A stretch of 64,000 bases of DNA from positions 1-64,000 of the IMG/VR virus record IMGVR_UViG_3300033182_001068; one strand, given 5' to 3'. The notes under the pieces are model-generated. The model was not told the DNA's origin. It made no database searches and saw nothing but the letters and a program-made list of their open reading frames with translations. Both the position numbers and the translations under genes were made by a program. Shown one piece after another: positions 59,216-64,000 of the stretch; within the stretch, counting starts at the first letter, position 1, and each line of letters starts with the position of its first letter. The DNA comes from a virus.

Positions 59216-59595
59216 GGCATAACCTGAGCACGCACGTTGGCGTTCAGGGTGCGCATCGCATCAATAGATGTCCGCAAAGAAAGCAACTTCTCACGCTTTG
59301 ACTTCATAAGCGCTTCAGCAATCTTGAAGTCATACTGCTCATCGGCCATCTTGTAGTCGGCCCATGACTCCCTCTCTTTGATGGAGCCCTTGGCGCTCAA
59401 ATACTCTTTAGCCCAATTCGCTTTGTAGATCGCTTCTTTCTTCGCCGAGTCTTCTGACAGAACTTCAAACGCTTCCGTTTCTTCCTCCAACTCGGAGATC
59501 AGGTCAAGCAGGTTGTTCTCAATATCAACTTGGCTAATAGGTTCAGTTCGGCGGTTCATTGCCCCTCTATCAAAATGGTAGTAGTGACCAGTCAA
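59212..59595 (-). CDS. hypothetical helical protein (115-127 aa)
   Basis: Track ORF. An alternative ATG at 59559 avoids a 26-nt overlap with the RuvC-like gene. Confidence 0.5.
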   Translation of the reverse strand: MTGHYYHFDRGAMNRRTEPISQVDIENNLLDLISELEEETEAFEVLSEDSAKKEAIYKANWAKEYLSAKGSIKERESWADYKMADEQYDFKIAEALMKSKREKLLSLRTSIDAMRTLNANVRAQVMP

Positions 59596-60082
59596 CTGTC
59601 TCTAACGCTGACAGATTTGCTTTAGGCCACTCGTAGACTGATCTGCCACGAGACGCCCATGTCATTTCCCTCAGAAGCCAAGCGTCGCACATATCGTCTG
59701 CGCCCTTGCCTTCGAAGACTTTTCCTGTTCGTGCCGACACGGCACTAACAACTTCTGATTTGCTTGCGTTGCCTCGCCCTGTAGCGAACTTCGCTCTGAC
59801 GGTAGGCGGCACATCAATAGTTAGCAGTTGACGCTCGTGCGCCGCAACCCTAAGAACGCCGCCCAGTTCACCTAAAGCGTGCGCATGGCTATTGCGTGCT
59901 GAGAAGGCATAGCCCTCGATCACGACCACATCAACTATGTACTTGTCAACAAGTCCGAGAAACACATCACGTATTTCAATCAGACGCTCTGGGCCTTTCA
60001 GTTTCGACGCATGTGCAAACACCTGATCCTCAACAGAGAACCCGCATGACGTAAGCGACGGATCAAGGCCCAGTGGAATCAT
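59570..60082 (-). CDS. RuvC-like Holliday junction resolvase
   Basis: MIPLGLDPSLTSCG..., VVVIEGYAF and DDMCDAW acidic motifs. The ATG at 60082 forms an ATGA overlap with the HNH stop. Confidence 0.75.
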   Translation of the reverse strand: MIPLGLDPSLTSCGFSVEDQVFAHASKLKGPERLIEIRDVFLGLVDKYIVDVVVIEGYAFSARNSHAHALGELGGVLRVAAHERQLLTIDVPPTVRAKFATGRGNASKSEVVSAVSARTGKVFEGKGADDMCDAWLLREMTWASRGRSVYEWPKANLSALETVDWSLLPF

Positions 60083-60453
60083 CGTTCCCATCCATGCTTG
60101 GCAAGACCAAGATAGTAAGCAAGTTCTGGATTCTCGCCGATGCGCCGATGGCACTGCCTACACACAGCCATGCAGTTGCTTTCATCAACGATTGAACCGC
60201 CTTGGCTTCGACGAACAATCTCATGAATGTCGACACTGCCACGACGAACGTAAGTCACGTTGCCATCATATTGAGCAAAGACCGGACAGGCGTCGCAAAA
60301 CGGATGCTCTTGCAACATCCGAGCAACCAATTTCCGACGCTCGACGTACAGTTCTTCCTGTTTCTTGCTTCGATGCTTTAGACGACCGGAACGCTTCAGT
60401 GGCTTGCCGCCTTTCAGTGGCTTGTTTCGTCTAAGTGGCCCACCGCGCTTCAT
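60079..60453 (-). CDS. HNH endonuclease
   Basis: CDACPV...DIHEIVRRSQGGSIVDESNCMAVCRQCHRRI. Confidence 0.8.
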   Translation of the reverse strand: MKRGGPLRRNKPLKGGKPLKRSGRLKHRSKKQEELYVERRKLVARMLQEHPFCDACPVFAQYDGNVTYVRRGSVDIHEIVRRSQGGSIVDESNCMAVCRQCHRRIGENPELAYYLGLAKHGWER

Positions 60454-60962
60454 AGTGTTGACACGTCGATTGAGTCAAACTCCCACTTTCCATCAAGCAC
60501 GCCCCAAAGAGCGCGATCAATGGAAGTGGATTCCATGTCGTACTCCTCCAGCAATTCCTTGTGCTTTGAGATTGCGGTCCGGTACTTCGCTACAGTTTCT
60601 TCATCCTCAGGTGCCACCCCATCAGCAATCATCGACTCAACTTGATTCAGTCGACTTTCAACATGGAACTTAAACCTATTGATTTTCTGTAGTTTCTGTT
60701 CGTAAGCACGCTGTGCCGTTTTGGCGAGAGTTACCCCGTCCTGCCCGAGCGCCTTATAACGAATTGCGTCAGCCTTTGCATCTACTTCCAAGTCGGCAAT
60801 TTGCTCATTAAGGTTCTCGCAAAGGGCGTAAAGAGCACGCCGCCAACGATCCCAATTCTCTTCTTTAAGCAGTTCCTGCCGCCGACTGGGGACGAGTTTG
60901 TTCTTCACCTCCTCGGCAACCATCTGAGCAAAAATGTCGTCAGTAATCACACTTACCTCCAT
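60450..60962 (-). CDS. hypothetical coiled-coil protein
   Basis: Track ORF 60450-60989. I prefer the ATG at 60962 (MEVSVITDD). No motif recognised. Confidence 0.5.
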   Translation of the reverse strand: MEVSVITDDIFAQMVAEEVKNKLVPSRRQELLKEENWDRWRRALYALCENLNEQIADLEVDAKADAIRYKALGQDGVTLAKTAQRAYEQKLQKINRFKFHVESRLNQVESMIADGVAPEDEETVAKYRTAISKHKELLEEYDMESTSIDRALWGVLDGKWEFDSIDVSTL

Positions 60963-61720
60963 GCAGGACACATGGTCTTGTATGAGCACCAGTTACACAG
61001 AATCGACTTGCGTGTTTCAAACTCATGAGTCTCACACGCTTTGTCGATCTCTGCTTTGGTGTTCGTTACGTACACAACTGTTTCTTCGTAATCCTCGTCA
61101 GTAAACTCGTGACGGAAAAGAGTTCCGTCTTTCAGGTAGAGGAGTTCCAGATAATCTGGCTCAGCGATACCCAGTTCTTTAGACAAAGACCCATAGATCT
61201 TCAACTGTAAAAACTTGTCGTCGACCCACTGTTTGCGAGGCGTCTTGCCCGTCTTGTAGTCGCTGATAACAACGCTGTCACCAACAGTGAAACGGTCAAT
61301 AAACCCCTTCAATGTTACTCCAGCAAGTTCACCATTTAGTTCGTACTCAATGTGAGTTGCATCAACGGACTCTGGATTCTCGACTTTGAAGATGTTTTCA
61401 AGACACCACCACGAGTTCCAGCGAAACATCCGAATTGCGTCTAGACCACGCACCCAAGGTTCGATGCGTTCCAGCCATTCGCTTTGCTCCCAAGTAGACA
61501 TGGCAAGGCGTTTCAGGTTGGCGATGTTTCGGTCTTCGTGGGGCAGTGCGTAGAAGTACTCCAACGTTTCGTGAACGAAGTTTCCCATAAGGGTTGCTTC
61601 AGTCGGATCGTCGGGGATCTTGTCGATTTTGCTGTAGCGGAATTTTTGGGGGCACTGGTTAAAGGTGCCCATCGAAGACGGCGACAGGTGCGGTGGCTGA
61701 ACCAGTGGTTCAGTTGGCAT
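60953..61720 (-). CDS. Cas4/RecB-like PD-(D/E)XK exonuclease with a Cys cluster
   Basis: KGFIDRF...VISDYKTGK core (D...D/ExK). C-terminal CNWCSYKTMC (Cx2Cx5C) plus an N-terminal Cys, as in the Cas4 family. ATG at 61720. Confidence 0.75.
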   Translation of the reverse strand: MPTEPLVQPPHLSPSSMGTFNQCPQKFRYSKIDKIPDDPTEATLMGNFVHETLEYFYALPHEDRNIANLKRLAMSTWEQSEWLERIEPWVRGLDAIRMFRWNSWWCLENIFKVENPESVDATHIEYELNGELAGVTLKGFIDRFTVGDSVVISDYKTGKTPRKQWVDDKFLQLKIYGSLSKELGIAEPDYLELLYLKDGTLFRHEFTDEDYEETVVYVTNTKAEIDKACETHEFETRKSILCNWCSYKTMCPAWR

Positions 61721-62378
61721 CTTCTGTCTCCACCCATTCGCCTCCGAGCGAAATACGCATGGCTTCACCAATGAGGAACTCAAGGTCTTCGGCCTTGGCG
61801 GTTTCGAGCGTGGGCTTGGGTGCGCCGTCGGCGTACTCGTTCCAGACCTCGGTCAACTCAGACTTCTGATCCTCGTCAAGAGTCTTTGCAACGGACACGA
61901 AGTTGCCCCACAACTCGACGATCGCTTCGTCAATCGGAGGCTTCGATTCCTCCTCCTCAATGGCCAACGACTCGTCGGTGCGGGCGAGGTACAGGCCGAC
62001 ACCAAGTTGCTGTGCGGCTTTCTTCAGTGCGTCGGACACGGCTCCCTTGAACTCGTCGCCAAGGTCAACGATGTCGCCGTTCTTGGTGCGCTTAATCTTT
62101 TGACCGCCGAAGCCATCTTTGGCGACCATCTGCTGAAGACCGTCTTCGCCTTCAAACGTGACGATGAGGCGAACGTGCGCCACGATGAAATCAGGGTCCA
62201 GCGAGTCACGTTCACAACGGACGATTTCTGAGGTCCACTTGTCGACGCCGAGCACTTTGTTCAGGCGAGAGACGACTTCCGAAACAGGGATGTACGTCAG
62301 AGTCGTACCGCCCTTTTTCAGTTGACGTTCCACTTCTGGGGGGAACGGCTCAGAAAGTTGTGTAAGCAGGTTTGTCAT
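61710..62378 (-). CDS. Rad52/Sak-like single-strand annealing protein
   Basis: LSEPFPPEVERQLKKGGTTLTYIPVSEVVSRLNKVLG..W and FKGAVSDALKKAAQQLGVGLYL. Confidence 0.7.
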   Translation of the reverse strand: MTNLLTQLSEPFPPEVERQLKKGGTTLTYIPVSEVVSRLNKVLGVDKWTSEIVRCERDSLDPDFIVAHVRLIVTFEGEDGLQQMVAKDGFGGQKIKRTKNGDIVDLGDEFKGAVSDALKKAAQQLGVGLYLARTDESLAIEEEESKPPIDEAIVELWGNFVSVAKTLDEDQKSELTEVWNEYADGAPKPTLETAKAEDLEFLIGEAMRISLGGEWVETEDAN

Positions 62379-62875
62379 TGTGCATTTCCCTTCCGGACGA
62401 CAAGATTGGTCTTGACTTCCGATTCGCAGTAGTTGTCAGGGTTAATACCAATCTCGTTGAGTTTGGTGGCGCGCCAGTACGACGGCTGGACGTAGTCCAA
62501 CATTTTTTCGGCGACTTCTTGCGGGTTCAGGACGATTTCGCCTGTGTCCATATCGACGGACGACTGAACAATTCGATCAGCGACCGCTGTAGCAAGATCC
62601 TTGTGCTGCCACTTCGTGCGAGTGGCACCAGTTTTGCGTTCAATCTCTGCCCCATCACGCAAGGTGGTCATGTCTTCGTCGAGCAGCGAGATCATCTTGC
62701 GTTCGATCGTTCCGTACACGAACGAAAGATCACGTTTTGCCAGATTGAGTTCAAGGAACACATCGGCGGCTTCTGTCGGATCGGGCAGAGTGCTCAGGTA
62801 GGCATCAAGTTGCTCGTCAAGAGCCATGATGAGTTTGCGGAGAGTCCGGACGTCGTCCAGAGTCGTAGTAGTCAT
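62375..62875 (-). CDS. hypothetical protein (166 aa)
   Basis: Track ORF with GGGAGA SD upstream and an ATGA-type overlap with the annealase gene. Confidence 0.55.
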   Translation of the reverse strand: MTTTTLDDVRTLRKLIMALDEQLDAYLSTLPDPTEAADVFLELNLAKRDLSFVYGTIERKMISLLDEDMTTLRDGAEIERKTGATRTKWQHKDLATAVADRIVQSSVDMDTGEIVLNPQEVAEKMLDYVQPSYWRATKLNEIGINPDNYCESEVKTNLVVRKGNAQ

Positions 62876-62910
62876 TTGGTCTCCCAGTAGTAGCGGGCGG
62901 TAGTAATTGT

Positions 62911-64000
62911 CTAGACGACGATAGCAATCCGTTTCCGTTGTGGCAACCCCAAACCGGTCAAATGGGTGAAGGCTCCGACAGCAGAGTCGACTTGGTCATC
63001 GTGCGTCTTGGCTTCAGGGAAGGCGGCTAGTTCATCAAGCCAATCCGTCAGCCATGGAGATCTTACCGCCCTGACGTTCCCGTTCGCAACCGCAGCAGCA
63101 AACGGCCTTGCTCTCGTGACCTTGTCTCCCGTAGACCTTATACCTTGAAAGTCATAACCGGGAATAACGTATCGTGCATACTGATCACACAAGGCCTTGC
63201 CAGACGAACCGGGCTCTTGCTCCATCCGGATCGCAACACTGTGCCCGTCCTCGTAGGCCGTCTGGGCAACAAGTTGCTCGACCTTCTCCCCCTTCACACG
63301 CGCCTTACGTACATCAAGGACGTAAGCGATGCCTTGGTCGAACAACATCAACGTCCCCACGGTCCAGTCAGGATCAGGGTTTGACTGTGATGGTTCGGTA
63401 GCGGCCAAGTCCCAAAACCTTACGGCTCTCGCCGAAGATGTGATTTGCGGCACCTCGACAGGATCAATGACAATCACGTTCTCCCTGTCAAACAATGAAC
63501 CGAGAGAGGTTGACCACCAGTCGCCCTCTTCAAGCCGCAAACGTTCAACCGGGTCAAGCGCCTGCAGTGCTTGACGGTATGACTCGGCGTCGATGCCCGG
63601 GTTGTCTATCAACTTTGACGGAACGAAGATCCGTCCGTGCTCTTTGCCCTCAACGATGAAGTGCTGCCGCACCCAGTTGGGCGCAGGGTTCGAGGCTGAC
63701 CGCATCCTCAAAGGAACTTTGGCCAGCGGACCACTCGCCGGTCGACGTAAACGAGAGAACAGATACCGGTAGTCGGATTGCCTGATTTCCGTGACCTCAT
63801 CCATCCCAATGAACTGGAACTCAGCGCCCTTGTAGCGCAAGTAATCCTGCTGATTGTTGAGATAGCCGAAGGAAATGCGCGCCCCAGACGGGAAAACGGC
63901 GGTGTAGTTGTTTGCGTTCCACCGGATGTCTTCTTGACCCGCGATCCATGACTGGAAACGGTCCATGATGGCTCCGGGCAGGGCAAGGTCAGCGTAAGTT
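62911..64000 (-). CDS. terL: terminase large subunit (5'-truncated by the window edge)
   Basis: Walker-B-like FIGMDEV. Nuclease-domain motifs RFWDLAAT...DWTVG and THDDQVDSAVGA. The frame stays open upstream of the track ATG at 63966 to the window end. Confidence 0.85.
   Translation of the reverse strand, partial: TYADLALPGAIMDRFQSWIAGQEDIRWNANNYTAVFPSGARISFGYLNNQQDYLRYKGAEFQFIGMDEVTEIRQSDYRYLFSRLRRPASGPLAKVPLRMRSASNPAPNWVRQHFIVEGKEHGRIFVPSKLIDNPGIDAESYRQALQALDPVERLRLEEGDWWSTSLGSLFDRENVIVIDPVEVPQITSSARAVRFWDLAATEPSQSNPDPDWTVGTLMLFDQGIAYVLDVRKARVKGEKVEQLVAQTAYEDGHSVAIRMEQEPGSSGKALCDQYARYVIPGYDFQGIRSTGDKVTRARPFAAAVANGNVRAVRSPWLTDWLDELAAFPEAKTHDDQVDSAVGAFTHLTGLGLPQRKRIAIVV

Overview
This window looks like part of a contractile-tailed (myovirus-type) dsDNA phage genome. 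About 85% is coded on the minus strand, with short intergenic gaps and many ATGA/TAATG start-stop overlaps. A WhiB-like gene, TANNNT and extended -10-like boxes, and a possible leaderless start suggest an actinobacterial host. This is an inference; no search was run.

Layout in minus-strand transcription order (high to low coordinates):
- 62911-64000: terminase large subunit, 5' end outside the window.
- 55.5-62.9 kb: recombination and nucleotide-metabolism block. It holds a Rad52-like annealase, a Cas4-like PD-(D/E)XK nuclease, HNH, RuvC-like resolvase, dCMP deaminase, ThyX, two ParB-like proteins and a PAPS-reductase-like protein.
- 53.0-55.3 kb: head-tail connector and tail-completion genes.
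- 37.9-52.9 kb: sheath, tube, frameshifted tail chaperone, tape measure with a C-terminal LAS peptidase motif, and P2/Mu-like baseplate genes (hub, V, W, J).
- 31.0-37.3 kb: several fibre genes.
- 13.8-30.4 kb: a roughly 16.6 kb accessory island. It is packed with 2OG-Fe(II)/cupin oxygenases plus a flavin-dependent halogenase, a peroxidase-fold protein, a Rossmann protein and many small ORFs.
- 11.2-13.8 kb: more fibre genes, including a collagen-like, His-rich one.
- 8.5-10.9 kb: a secreted Thr/Pro-rich membrane-anchored protein.
- 5.7-8.5 kb: lysis cassette with two LAS-peptidase endolysins carrying PG-binding domains, plus holin-like proteins.
- 1-5.6 kb: regulatory/early region. It has divergent HTH genes around a perfect palindrome, a metallophosphoesterase, an HslV/proteasome-beta-like peptidase, WhiB and RHH proteins.

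The most unusual content is the oxygenase/halogenase island, which sits inside the fibre module. Next to it lies a protein with 26 tandem (H/F)FPP tetrapeptides.

I recognised no tRNA, rRNA, CRISPR array, integrase or transposase. All functional calls come from motif recognition by eye. No database search or computation was run.
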